NCBI GenBank assembly: GCA_030390025.1
Contig: CM059433.1
Coordinates: 32,118,001 to 32,182,000 of the forward strand
Length of the DNA stretch: 64,000 nucleotides
DNA from: Squalus acanthias
Taxonomy: Eukaryota
Reading direction: 5' to 3'
Position numbers and translations under genes: made by a program. Positions 37,803-50,728 of the stretch are shown here, piece after piece (position 1 is the stretch's first letter; every line of letters begins with the position of its first letter). Below the pieces are notes generated by a model. It was not told where the DNA came from. It was given only the letters and a program-made list of their open reading frames with translations, and ran no database searches.

Positions 37803-39111
37803 TGCCCCAAACGCTTCACAGGAGCGTTATCAAACAAAATTTGACAGGCTGGTGTGTGACTTGGGGAGGAAATTGGAGGTGGTGGTGTTCCCATGCACCT
37901 GCAGTCCTTGTCTTTCTAGGTGGTAGGGGTCAAGGGTTTGGGAGGTGATGTCGAAGAAGCCTTGGCGAGTTGCTGCAGTGCATCTTGTAGATGGTACACA
38001 CATAAGGATATAGTGGGACAGGTGACCAATGGGATACATTTTTAGGAGCAACTTAAAGGAGAGAGAGGTAGAGAGGTTTAGGGTGGGAATTCCAGAACTT
38101 CGGGCCTAGGCTCTAATGAAGGCACGGACAGCAATGGTAGAGTGATGAAAACCGGGGATGCACTGGAGGTCAAAAATAGAAGAGTGCAGAGATGTCAGAG
38201 GGTTGTGGGGCTGGAGGAGGTTACAGAGATAGGGAGGGGCGAGGCCAAGGAGTGATTTGAAAACAAAGATGAGAATAGTAAGAAATTAACGTACCAATGG
38301 AGGACAATGGCTGCAGCGTAACCAAGGTGCTTAACAGTCTCACTAAAATTAGCCTTTTGAATCCAAAGTCTATTCAAATTATTCTTTCAAATAGCCTTTG
38401 CTAAAATAAAATAATGAGATACAGAAAATGTGGCAGTAAATAAAGCATAAGCCCAAAGCACTCAGAAGGCTTCCCCTTGTCCCCTGCCAGGTGTTGCTTT
38501 TCTAACTCTACATCTACCAAGGACTGGACTGCAGTATTTTGGGAGATAGAAATGACCAATATCGTGGGAGAAAGGAATAGAAGGATATGCTGATGCGGTT
38601 AGATGAAGAGGAGTGGGAGGAGGCTCGTGTGGAGCATAAACACCAGCATGGACCAGTTGGGCCGAATGGCCTGTTTCTGTGCTGTAAATTTTATGTAATG
38701 CTATGTAATACCAAATCATGCGTAATTTGTAGAGAAGGTGAAGCTATGGGATAGAAGATGCGAGACCTACAGGCAATAAGGATCAACAGAGATCAGAAGC
38801 AGGATCATAAGAGCTTGGGAAAAGGCAATTTACCCCACAGGACCACTTGCAGGCTGCACTGAAAGGGCATGCTGAAAATGAAAAGCAACCATCAATAAAA
38901 CAGATGGCCTGAAGAAGTTCTCTCCGAGGAGCAATTTCAGTCCAATCAGCCCTGAGGTGCTTGGAGGGGAGGAACAAAAGCTACATTCTGGAGGTCTTAA
39001 CTTAACTGCCAAGGACGCTGGAGCTAGCAAAATTTGTAATCAGGGAGGCACGCTGTTAACAACTAGTGACGAGCCACAGGCCATAATATTTAACAAAGCC
39101 ATGGGGATAGT

Positions 39112-39500
39112 AATTCCAGCATCGGTGGAGAGAGAAACAGGGTTAACGTTTCAGGTCGATGACCTTTCATCAGAACTGGTGAAAGGTCTAAGACCTGAAA
39201 CGTTAACTCGGTTTCTTTCTGCGCAGATGTTGCCTGACCTGCTGAGTATTTCCAGCATTCGCTGTTTTCATTTCAGAATTCTAGCATCCGCAGTATTTTT
39301 GCTTTGGTGTTCCAATACAATTTCTGGATGACTGGGATGGCATAAAAGGGATGGGTATTGGATTCCTGATGGCTCCTCTGACGAAGGGTCCTCACCCAAA
39401 ACATTAACATATCTGTTCTCTCCACGGATGCCCACTGACCGGCTGAGCGTTTCCACCATTTTCTGTTTCTTGCTTCAGAATTCACCTGCAGTGCTTTTTA
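39112..39500. mobile_element. Cluster of Penelope-derived non-coding units with back-to-back hammerheads
   Basis: Same family as 9996-10200. Hammerheads at 39142-39176 (-, intact), 39176-39207 (+, CUGGUGA mutant) and ~39378-39408 (+, degenerate). Confidence 0.7.
39142..39176 (-). ncRNA. Minimal hammerhead ribozyme
   Basis: Minus strand GUU-CUGAUGA-A-AGGUC(AUC)GACCU-GAAA-CGU-U-AAC. Confidence 0.75.
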
Positions 39501-39962
39501 CCCGGCTATTTTTCTTGTTACTTTCACTGATCTGCAGAAGCACAGCTCAATTTAAGAAAGAATGTCCTATTAGATACAGCCTTCTCGCTTCATGTGCCAA
39601 TGGGCATATGGGTGGGGGCGGTGGGGGGAGGTGTCAGCCATTTTATTATTAAACGCCAGATCAAGTTGCAAAAACTCTGACCAAGAATATGAGCAGTCAA
39701 ATGCAATGGAGCATTTTAATTGAATTGTCACTTGAGGAATTTATTTTGTTGAGGTGACGTTTCTTTATTTTAAAAAAGTCTTTTTTTTTAACCAGAATGT
39801 TTCATTCAGTTGTTATCTTTGAGAGTCAGAAGCAGTTGCAGTTTCGTGTTTGTGGTCTGTGATCGCACTGCTGGGTTTCGGTCGGTGTAGCCTGCAAGGT
39901 ACTACACTTGTTAATACACAATTATTGTGCCAGTATAATGCTAAACCTGAAAGATATCAGGC

Positions 39963-40426
39963 AGCGGCAGAAAGAGAGATTAAGGTAAAGGAGCCAAGTT
40001 TCCCTTGCTATTTCTTTAATAATCCCCAGCATTGAGTGTTAGTACCTCAAGTGGCCAATTTACATTAGTTGAGAAATTTAGAATAATGGCTCACATTCAA
40101 TAGTAACTTTCAAAAGGGGATTGGATATATACTTGAAGGGGAAATATTTGCAGGACAATGGGGAAAGTGCAAGGGAGTGGGATTAATTGGATAGCTTTCA
40201 GAGAGCCGACACAGGCACGAGGGGCAGAATGGCCTCCTTCATATCATTGTATGATTCTATATTTTTGTACTTTAGAAGCGCAGAAAGAGAGATTAAGGTA
40301 AAGGACCCAAGTGCTTTTCTCCCCGCTCTCTCTATAATAATCCCCAGCAGAGTTAATACCTCAAGTGGCCAATTTACATTAGTTGAGAAACTTAGAATAA
40401 TGTCTCATATTTTTGTACTTTAGAAG
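39963..40426 (+). repeat. ~150-bp tandem duplication, first unit interrupted by a CR1 3' fragment (~40099-40259)
   Basis: CAGAAAGAGAGATTAAGGTAAAGGA...TTAGAATAATG and TTTTTGTACTTTAGAAG each occur twice. Confidence 0.85.
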
Positions 40427-40911
40427 TAAGTGTTAAAGTGCTTTTTTTTCTGTCCACCCAGGTTTCCAGGTTCATTCCTTCAAAGGAGCCAAATATGCTA
40501 GGGACAATTATCTGCACTGATAAATTCACGCTTGTCAAACATCTGAATAGCTGCTTGATCTGTTGACCAATTTAGTGCTTGAGACACGGCAGAAAAATGG
40601 CAGAGACAGGCAGCTGAAATCGACCAGGTGACTTACCAGCTGACGTCCTGCGTGATTCCTGCCGTCTTCAATTTTAACCTGCTCATCTGAGCGTATGCAA
40701 GGACACCCACCTGAAGCCAACGGGGTCCTTCTTTAAATATGCAGCTCGGGGTCCGCTGACATAATCGGGCCCCAATTGCAATTTGAACTGTGGCCTGAGT
40801 GTGGAAGCCCTTGTGGCTTTCCCGCCACTGGAAGACAGTGGGGAAGAAGAACCGAGACCAGAAGTGCCGTTTATGGTGAGTTTTTTTCTTAACTTTCCTT
40901 GTAGAGTCAAT

Positions 40912-41697
40912 AAGAAAGACTTGCCTTTATATAGTGCCTTTCATGACCTCAGGACGTCCCAAAACGCTTCACAGCCAATGGTCACTGTTGTAATGTAGGA
41001 AATGCACACAGCAAAGTTTGCCCACAACAAGCTCCCACAAACATTAATGCTTTCATGATAATTAATCTGTTATGGTTATGTTAGTTGAGAGTTAAGTATT
41101 GGCCAGAACACCAGGGACAACTCCCCTGCTCTTCTTGCACATTCTCCCCGTGTCTGCGTGGGTTTCCTCCGGGTGCTCCGGTTTCCTCCCACAGTCCAAA
41201 AATGTGCGGGTTAGGTTGATTTGGCTATGATAAATTGACCCTTAGTGTTAGGGGGGGATTAAATATGTGGGGTTATGGGGATAGGATGGGATATTTTAGG
41301 GGGAATTAACTGCGTGGGGTTACTGGGATAGGGTGGGATATGTGTACTGTGGGGATTAAAGTAGGGACAGGGTACTGGATTTGGATGATCAGCCATGATC
41401 GTATTGAATGGTGGAGCAGGCTCGACGGGCCGAATGGCCTACTCCTGCTCCTAGATTCTATGTTTCTATGTTTCTATGTTTTTTCTTCAAAATAGTGCCA
41501 TGGGATCTTTGACATTCACCTGGGAGGGCAGATGGTTTAAAGTCTCATCCAAAAGAAAGAATGTACCTCCAACAGTGCAGCACTCCTTCAGTACTGCACT
41601 GGCAGTGTCAGCCTAGATTTTGTGCTCAAGTCTCTGGAGTGGGACTTAAACCCACAACCTTCTGACTAAGAGGTGAGAATTCAACCAACTGAGCCAC
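40912..41697 (-). mobile_element. Deu-domain SINE (SacSINE-like) interrupted by a V-SINE
   Basis: The minus strand has a tRNA head (GTGGCTCAGTTGGT...GTGGGTTTAAGTCCC), the Deu-like GCAGTACTGAAGGAGTGCTGCACTGTTGGAGG and an L2-type tail. Confidence 0.8.
41135..41480 (+). mobile_element. V-SINE, 5'-truncated, nested in a Deu-type SINE
   Basis: Near-identical to 16082-16423, including the internal tandem duplication. Confidence 0.88.
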
Positions 41698-42134
41698 AGA
41701 TGTACACAGCCAGGAGGAGCAGGAGTGCCACAAGCAAAGTTTAAGCTTCCCCTGCCCCGGGCACCAATCCTGCACCCCGCGACTTACCCGGCAACTATTC
41801 CTTGGGTGCCAGCCAACAGCCTCCTGCTGCCAAAGGTTCTGCTCACACCCGCCAGCCTGCTGCCACTTCCTGCTCGTTTCAGGAAGGCATCTGACCAGCA
41901 TCATGCAGATGAGATCTGGGAGTTAAAATCTCTTGGGCTTTGCGCTGACAAAGTCAGGGGTGGGGTGGGGTGATGTAGGGGTTTGGTTCCGCTCCCCGCT
42001 TACCCAAATTCCGCTTCATGTTAAAATCGGGACAATACTTTCTCCTTCATGTAAATGAGCGTAGCTTCATCTGTACCCAGAGGTAGTTGTCATCTTATGC
42101 TGTCTAGCAGTCTGTAGACTATATACCTCACCCA

Positions 42135-45100
42135 TAGAAAACATAGAAACATAGAAGATAGGAGCAGAAGTAGGCCATTCGGCCCCTCGAGCCTGCTCTG
42201 CCATTCGATGAGATCATGGCTGATCATCCAAACTCAGAACGCTGTCCCTGCCTTCTCCCCATATCCCTTAATACCTTTAGCCTAAAGAAATATATCTAAC
42301 TCCTTCTTAAATATATTTACTGACTTGGCCTCAACTGCCTTTTGTGGTGGAGAATTCCACAGGTTCACCACTCTCTGGGTGAAGAAATTCCTCCTCACCT
42401 CTGTCCTAAATGGCTTACCCCTTATCTTTAGACTGTGACCTCTTGTTCTGGACTCACCCGCCATCGGGAACATCCTTCCTGCATCCAGTCTGTCTAGCCT
42501 GTTAGAATTTTATAAGTTTCAATGAGATCTGCTCTCATTCTTCTAAACTCCAGTGAGTATAAGCCCAATCAACCCAATCTCTCCTCGTACGTCATTCCTG
42601 CCATCCCAGGTATCAGTCTGGTGAATCTTCGCTGCACACCCTCCATGGCAAGAACATCCTTCCTCAGATAAGGCGACCAAAACTGCACACAATACTCAAG
42701 GTGTGGTCTCACCAAGGCCCTGTACAGCTGCAGCAAGACATCCTTGTTCCTGTACTCAAACCCTCTCGCTACGAAGGCCAACATACCATTTGCCTTCTTA
42801 ACCGCCTGCTGTACCTGCATGCTTACATTCAGCGACTGGTGCACAAGGACACCCAGGTCTCGTTGCACTTCCCCTTCTCCCAATCTATTGCCGTTCAGAT
42901 AATAATCTGCCTTTCTGTTTTTGCCACCAAAGTGGATAACCTCGCATTTATCCACATTATACTGCATCTGCCATGCTTCTGCCCAATCACCCAACCTGTC
43001 CAAATCATACTGGAGTTTCTCGGCATCCTCCTCGCAGAACACACGCCCACCCAGCTTTGTGTCATCTGTAAACTTGGAGATATTACATCTAGTTCCCTCA
43101 TCTAGATCATTAATATATATAGTGAATAGCTGGGGTCCTACAACCAATCCCTGCGGAACCCCACTAGTCACTGCCTGCCACTCACAAAAAGACCTGTTTA
43201 TTCCAACTCTTTGCTTCCTGTCTGCCAACCAGTTCTCTATCCAAGTCAGTAACTTGCCCCCAATCCCATGTGCCTAACTTTACACGCTAATCTCTTATGC
43301 GGGACCTTATCGAAAGCCTTCTGAAAGTCCAAATACACTACATCCACTGGTTCTCCCTTATCTATTCTATCAGTTACATCCTCAAAAAATTCCAGTAGAT
43401 TAGTCAAGCATGATTTACCTTTTGTAAATCCATGTTGACTTTGTCCAATCCTGTCACTGTTTTCCAAGTGCTCTGCTATTACATCTTTTATAATGGACTC
43501 TAGCATTTTCCCCACAACCGATGTCAGGCTTACCGGTCTATAATTCCCCGTTTTTTCTTTACCACCTTTTTTGAACAGTGGGGTAACATTAGCTACCCTC
43601 CAATCCATGGGAACTGTTCCAGAGTCTATAGAATTTTGGAAGATGACCAGCAATGCATCTACTATTTCTAGGGCCACTTCCTTAAGTACCCTAGGATGTA
43701 GATTATCAGGCCCTGGGGATTTATCGGCCTTTAATGCCATCAATTTCCCTAACACCATTTCCCTACAAATACTGATTTCATTCAGTTCCTCCCTCTCATT
43801 GGACCCTATGTTCCCCGACATCTCTGGGAGGTTATTTGTGTTCTCCTTTGTGAAGACAGAGCCAAAGTAGATATTTAAATGATCTGCCATTTCTTTGTTC
43901 CCCATTATAAATTCCCCTGATTCTGACTGCAAGGGACCTACGCTTGACTTCACCAATCTTTTTCTCTTCACATATTTATAAAAGCTTTTACAGTCAGTTT
44001 TTATGTTCCCTGCAAGCTTACGCTCGTACTCTATTTTCCACCTCTTAATTAATCCCTTTGTCCTCCTTTGCTGAATCCTAAACTGCTCCCAATACTCAGG
44101 TTTACTGCTTTTTCTGGCCAATTTATATGTCCTCTCCTTGGATCTTATGCTATCCCTGATTTCCCTTGTCAGCCATGGTTGAGTCACCTTTTTTGTTTTA
44201 TTTTTATGCCAGACAGGGATGAACAAATTCTGTAGTTCATCCATGCGATCTTTGAATGTTTACCATTGCCTATCCACCGTCAACCCTTTGAGTGACATTC
44301 CCCAATCTATTCTACCCAACTCGCGCCTCATACCATCGTAGTTTCCTTTATTTAAATTCAGGACCCTAGTCTCTGAGTCAACTATTTCATTCTCCATCTT
44401 AATGAAGAAATCTATCATATTATGATTGCTCCGCCCCAAGGGGCCCCGCACAACAAGATTGCTAATTAATCCTTTCTCGTTACATAATACCCAGTCTAAG
44501 ATGGCCTGGTCTCTAGTTGGTTCCTCGACATATTGGTCCAGGAAACCATCCCGTATACACTCTAGGAATTCCTCCTCCACAGTATTGTTACTAATTTGGT
44601 TAGCCCAATCTATATGTCGATTAAAGTCACCCATGATAACTGTTGTGCCCTTATTGTACGCGTCTCTAATTTCCTGTTTAATGCCATCCCCAACCTCTGC
44701 ATTACTGTTTGGGGGTCTGTATACGACTCCCACTAACATTTTCTGCCCCTTGGTATTATTCAGTTCTACCTATACGTCACATATACCCACATCATCAGAG
44801 CTAATATCCTTCCTTACAATTATGTTAATACCCTCTTTAACCAGCAATGCTACCCTACCTCCTTTTTCTTTTTGCCTGTCATTCCTGAATATCGAATACC
44901 CCTAGATGTTGAATTCCCAGCCTTGGTCACCCTGGAGCCATGTCTCCGTAATCCCAATCATATCATATCCGTTTACCTCTATTAGCACAGCTAATTCATC
45001 GAACTTATTACGAATGCTCCTCGCATTAAGACATAAAGCCTTCAGGCTTGTTTTTTTAACACTCTTAGACCTTTTAGAATTATTATTTACTGTGGCCATG

Positions 45101-46858
45101 TTTGATTTGAACTCTTGGGGGGGAAAATTCAGTTGTTTGCGCCTCCCGTTAGCGCCTTAAGAGGGCGCTAATGGGGCGCAAAGCAACTAGCGCCCAGGCG
45201 CGGCGATGTTTGCGCCGCTCACAAAATTAACTAGACATTTTGCAGCGGCACTAAACACTACCGCCACGATCTCCTGCGCCGGCAGATCGTGACATCAGTC
45301 GAGTGCGCAACGCCCCGGAGCGGATATTGAGTGGCGCCCCCTGCCTTACCACCTGCCGCTAGCAACGACAGCTTGAGGAGAGCGTTTTGCAGTCAGAAAG
45401 GGACTGGGGGAGCGCTATTTAAAGGTGACCACTTCCTGCCTTTTATTGTTGGTGACATTTTTGAACCACGCATTCTGAGAGAGAGAGAGAGAGAGACTTC
45501 TGGGGTGATTCAACGCTGTGTGAAGGAGTTTTGGGTACTGAGCAGCACTTTGCAGGTTCATTTTGATTTGCCCTTCCTTGTATCGATTTAGAAGAGAATG
45601 TGGGAGCTGCACTCTGAGCTCTTTCCCTGGTACTCTCCATTGTTCTTTCCAGCAGATTTGATGTACAGGTCTCTCCAGGCTGAGATTCAAGGCTGCAATG
45701 AGCAGGATGTGGATAAAAAGCAATATCAACCCTCCCCTTTAAGAACTGGCTGGCGCCAGTGTGTCTGTGTTCCATTGCTGAATGACAGCACATGGGCTTC
45801 GCCAGCGCTCTGAGTTAGCGCCTCGCTCCTCGGCCTTACGTCTTAAGACAGATGTGTAGTGCCTGATTTAGCGCTCCAATTACCTCCAGGGGCGATAAAA
45901 GTCAAGTTTGCAGTCGGAATCGATTATTAGCGCCAGGCGCTAATCTTTGCTCCCGACCAATAATTGCGCCCCAAACGGGGCGATACTGAATTTTTCCCCC
46001 TTGATTTCTCTGACTGTCACCTTTGCTTTTCTCCTTCCTGTCTTTTGCTTCGATCCTTGTTTCCCTTTCCTCTGTCTCCCTGCTCAGGTTCCCAACCCCC
46101 TGCCATTTTAGGTTAAACCCTCCCCCAGACCACGAGCAAACACTCCCCCTAGGACATCGGTCCCGGCCCTGCCCAGGTGCAAACCGTCCAGTTTGTACTG
46201 GTCCCACCTCCCCCAGAACCGGTTCCAATGTCCCAGGAATTTGAATCCCTCCCCCTTGCACCATTCCTCTAGCCACGTATTCATTTGAAATATCCTTCTA
46301 TTTCTACTCTGACTAGCACGTGGCACTGGTAGCAGTCCTGAGATTACTACCTTTGAGGTCCTATTTTTTAATTTACCTCCTAACTCCCTATATTCTGCTT
46401 TTAGGACCTCATCCCATTTTTTACCTATATCGTTGGTACCTATATGCACCACGACAACTGGCTGTTCACCCTCCCCCTCCAAAATGCTCTGTAGCTACTC
46501 CGAGACATCCTTGACCCTTGCACCAGGGAGGCAACATACCATCCTGGAGTCTTGTTTGCAGCCGCAGAAACGCCTATCTATTCCCCTTACAATAGAATCC
46601 CCTATCACTATAGCTCTCCCACTCTTTTTCCTCCCATCCTGTGCAGCAGAACCACCCACGGTGCCAGGAAGTTGGCTGCTGCTGTCTTCCCCTGATAAGC
46701 CATCTCCCTCAACAACATCCAAAGCAGTAAATCTGTTTGAGAGGGGGATGGCCACAGGGGGCCCCTGCACTACCTGCCTGCACCTCCTACTCTGCCTGGT
46801 GGTCACCCATTCCCTTCCTGCCTGTACAGCCTTTACCTGCGGTGTGACCAACTCCCAA
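42135..46858 (-). mobile_element. CR1 LINE, near full length (ORF1 SGNH esterase, ORF2 APE endonuclease-RT), frameshifted
   Basis: ORF1 has IVIGDS, HIGTND and DGLH. ORF2 has LNARSI, GITETW, MGDFN, KSPGPD, QHGF, YLDFQKAFDKV and GVPQG. (TTCTATGT)n-type tail at 42135-42155. Confidence 0.95.
45118..46000. mobile_element. Harbinger-type MITE, family B second copy
   Basis: TIR GGGGGGAAAATTCAGT ... ACTGAATTTTTCCCCC, TSD TTG. Highly similar to 26443-27337. Inserted between CR1 ORF1 and ORF2. Confidence 0.9.
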
Positions 46859-47353
46859 CACCCGCCGTCACAGCCCTCAGTAAAGTCCCTGATAAAATGC
46901 ACACATTCCCAGAAGACCTTTCATCTTTCCCAGTGTGAGACCTGCAAACCAAACCACACACCACCATTGGCAGCCCAGACACTAAAATGAAGTACGTTAC
47001 AGCTGACTTAATACTTTGTGTGCAAGAGTCACGTCGTTCTTAAATTTGAGAGATAGTTATAAAAAGAAACCTGACTACTCTCCATTCCAGGAATGACTGA
47101 CTTGTCCATGAAGAGGCAGCTGAGAAGTTTGATTCTTAAGTGGAATGGACACCCATCAACAAGTGCTAATTTCAGAAATACATTAAAAACAGGAATTTAT
47201 CAATCATCCTTACATACAATGAATTCAGTTGCAGCTGACATGTAACTTTGTTCATTTTAGTGTGTGGGATGGAATCAGGTGTGGTGAAAGGGGGTTGCGA
47301 AGGATGAACTGTGCAATGGAATCTGATGATATGAGGACTGCTGGTAAGAGGAG

Positions 47354-47551
47354 GTCGGGATGACAGGTTTTAGCAGGAAACAATTGAAAATTGAGTTGTG
47401 GCTGTCACAACATAGTGGAGTTGTGGTGGAACTGACACAGCCAATGTTAAGTCTGTGTAGAAGAGAGTATCACCCTCTTCTAATTGTTTCTATATCAAGA
47501 AAGGTGCGAACTGGACCTACACTGTTACATCAGCCAAACCCCTACACAGCC
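47354..47551 (+). repeat. ~198-bp target-site duplication of the RTE element (partner at 49603-49801)
   Basis: Direct repeats with about 15 differences by manual count. Confidence 0.9.
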
Positions 47552-49588
47552 AATCTTCTTCTTAGGCAGTCCCTCGGAACCGAGAATGACTTGCTTCCAC
47601 ATTAAAAATGAGTTCTCAGGTGACTGATGAGTCCAATGCGGGACCTACAGTCTCTGTCACAGGTGGGGCAGACAGTGGTTGAAGGGGCGGGTGGGTGAGG
47701 TGCTTGGGTTGACGTGCGCTCCTTGCACTTGACTTCCGCTTGCTCCCGGCGAAGAGACTCGAGGTGTTCGGCGCCTTCCCGGATGCTTCTCCTCCACTTT
47801 GTGCAGTCTTGGGCCAGGGATTCCCAGGTGTCAGTGGGGATGTTGCACTTTTTCAAGGAGGCTTTGAGGGTGTCCTTGAAGCATTTCCTCTGCCCACCTG
47901 GGGCTCTCTTGCCATGTTGGAGCTCCGAGTAGAGCGCTTGTTTTGGGAGTCTCGTATCAGGCATGTGGACGATGTGACCCGTCCATTGGAGCTGATCGAG
48001 CGTGGTCAAAGCTTCGACGCTGGGGATGTTGGCCTGAGTGAGAACACTGACGTTGGTGCGCCTATCCTGCCAATGGATTTGCAGGATCTTGCGGAGGCAG
48101 CGTTGGTGGTACCTCTCCAGTGCTTTGAGGTGCCTGCTGTACATGGTCCATGTCTCTGAGGCATACAGGAGGGCGGGTATCACTGCTGCTTTGTAGACCA
48201 TGAGCTTAGTGCCGGGTTTGAGGTCCTGGTCTTCAAACACTCTCTTCCTCAGGCGACCGAAGGCTGCACTGGCACACTGAAGGCGGTTTTGGACTTCGTC
48301 ATCGACGTCTGCCCTTGTTGACAGTAGGCTCCCGAGGTATGGAAAGTGGTCCACGTTGTCTAAGGCCTTGTCATGGATTTTGATAATCGGGGGGCAGTAC
48401 TGTGTGGCGGGGGCAGGTTGGTAGAGGACCTTTGTCTTATGGATGTTTGTGTAAGTCCCATGCTCTCGTACGCTTCGGTGAAGGTGTTGACGATGGTTTG
48501 GAGTTCGACCTCCGAGTGAGCGCAGATGCAAGTGTCGTCTGCATACTGTAATTCGACGACAGAGGATGGGACGACCTTGGATCTGGACTGGAGGCGACGG
48601 AGGTTGAACAGTTTCCCGTTTGTTCTGTAAATTAGCTCCACTCCAGCGGGGGAGCTTACTGAGGGTGAGATGGAGCATTGCAGCAAGGAAGATCGAGAAG
48701 AGTGTTGGTGCGATGACACAGCCTTGCTTGACCCCAGTCCGTATGTGAATTTGGTCTGTGGTGGAACTGTTGGTCAGGATCACAACTTGCATGTCATCAT
48801 GAAGCGGGTGGAGGATGGTGAAAAACTTTTGTGGGCAGCCGAATTTGAGGAGGACACTCCATAATCCCTCATGGCTGACGTGTCGAAGGCCTTTGCGAGA
48901 TCAAAGAAGGTCATGTCCAGCGGTTGGTGCTGTTCCCTGCATTTCTCTTGTAATTGACGTGCGGTGAAGATCATGTCCATTGTGCCCCTTAGTGGGCGGA
49001 ATCCGCATTGCGACTCTGGGAGGAGCTCTTCAGCCACTGGGCAAAGGCGGCTGAGGAGGATTCTTGCGATGACTTTCCCTGTGGCAGACAGCAGGGAAAC
49101 TCCTCTGTAATTACCGCAATCGGACTTGTCACCTTCCTTGAAGATGGTCACAATTACGGCATCTCAGAGATCCCCTGGCATGCTCTCCTCCTTCCAGATA
49201 AGAGAAATTAGTTCATGAATTCGTGCCAGTAGTGCTTCTCCGCCATGTTTTAATGCCTTGGCAGGGATTCCATCTGCTCCTGAGGCCTAGTTGTTCTTCA
49301 GTTGTCGGATGGCCTTTTCAACCTCATGCCGGGCTGGGGTTTTGCTGAGATGGTGGTGGGTTGCATGCTGCGGGATGGAGTTGAGGACACTCGCGTCGAA
49401 GACAGAGTCTCGGTTAAGGAGATCTTCGAAGTGCTCCTTCCAGTGGGCACTGACTGCCTCTCTGTCCTTGATGAGTACCTCTCCGTTCTTGGCCCGCAGT
49501 GGGGTAGGACCTTGGGTGCTTGGGCCGTAGATGGTCTTGACTGCGCTAAAGAATCCACGCACGTCGTGGTTGTCGGCTAGCTGCTGGA
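47552..49588 (-). mobile_element. RTE-clade LINE, 5'-truncated
   Basis: RT motifs (LPESQCGFR, GVKQGCV.AP.LF, QYADD), C-terminal C2H2 (CPTC...HLRTH) and a (GAA)n tail. Flanked by ~198-bp direct repeats. Confidence 0.92.
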
Positions 49589-50728
49589 TCCTGCTAAAAC
49601 CTGTCGGGATGACAGGTTTTAGCAGGAAACAATTGAAAATTGAATGGTGGCTGTCACAACATAATGGAGTTGTGGCGGAACTGACACAAGCCAATTTTAA
49701 GTCTGAGTAGAAGACAGTATCACCCTCTTCAAATTGTTTCTATATCGAGAAAGGTGCAAACTGGTTCTACACTGTTACCTCAGCCAAACCCCTACACGGC
49801 CGATAGTTCACTGCTCACCTACCTAAGTACATCCCAACATTAACAAGCAGGTAATATTCCCTCAGCAAGCTTCTTTCCTTGTGTGTGCAATTCTTATGCA
49901 AATATATATATAAATAAATTATATTTCTGTGAGGAAACCTCCCGATTTATATATTCTAACATCAGGCAACTTGCTGAGCAGCTCTTCAGTTGTTTGAGAA
50001 GTGTCAAAGTACCAGTGCAGATACATATTGGCCAATATCTAATTATGAAAATGAACAAATGTCCTCATCAGTTTATGCACTGCACTTCTTTCATGAAGGT
50101 TTAATTTCATTCTACACTATTTATCTCCTAGCCAGTTAGTATGGCAATTCCTTGTTCCCATTAATTGAGGAACAAACATGGTCCACACAGTATTTAATCA
50201 ATCTCAATTGCACTCGATCATACTTCCATTCTGCTCTTAATTGCACAGTTGTTAATGTAGATCTTTTCTAAAGGTGTCAATTGATGGAGCATTAGCTTTA
50301 GCTGAGGGTCTGTGCCACATTAAATCTACAATGCGGGAAACAAAAAATTCCTTTCAATCAAAAGTCTTGCTTGAGGCTTGTTGATTTTCTCTCAGTCCAA
50401 TTTAAAGAATCTCTTGCTACTACATTATCCATTTTAAAAACCTTGAGCAGGTCCCTTCTCAATCCTTTTTTCTCCACTGATTACAAGTTAATTTCTATGA
50501 ATCTTTATTCATGATTTAGAACGGCAAGTCTTGGAACCATAATCGTCACTCTTGCCTGAGTTCTCTACAGGGATTTGTGGTGCGAGGTAGGCCCAGGATA
50601 TTCTGCACCATTAAATCAGATGCTGTTGTATGGGAGGTGACAACAGTCTTTTAGTATTGGTTAAAAGGTTTAGGATCCTGGCGAGCGTGAAAATCACAAT
50701 CACGACATTTTGCTAACACAGACTGTAA

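Noticed and set aside
46433..46990. 185-aa plus-strand ORF and similar antisense ORFs in LINEs
   Set aside because: These are antisense shadows of CR1/RTE coding regions.
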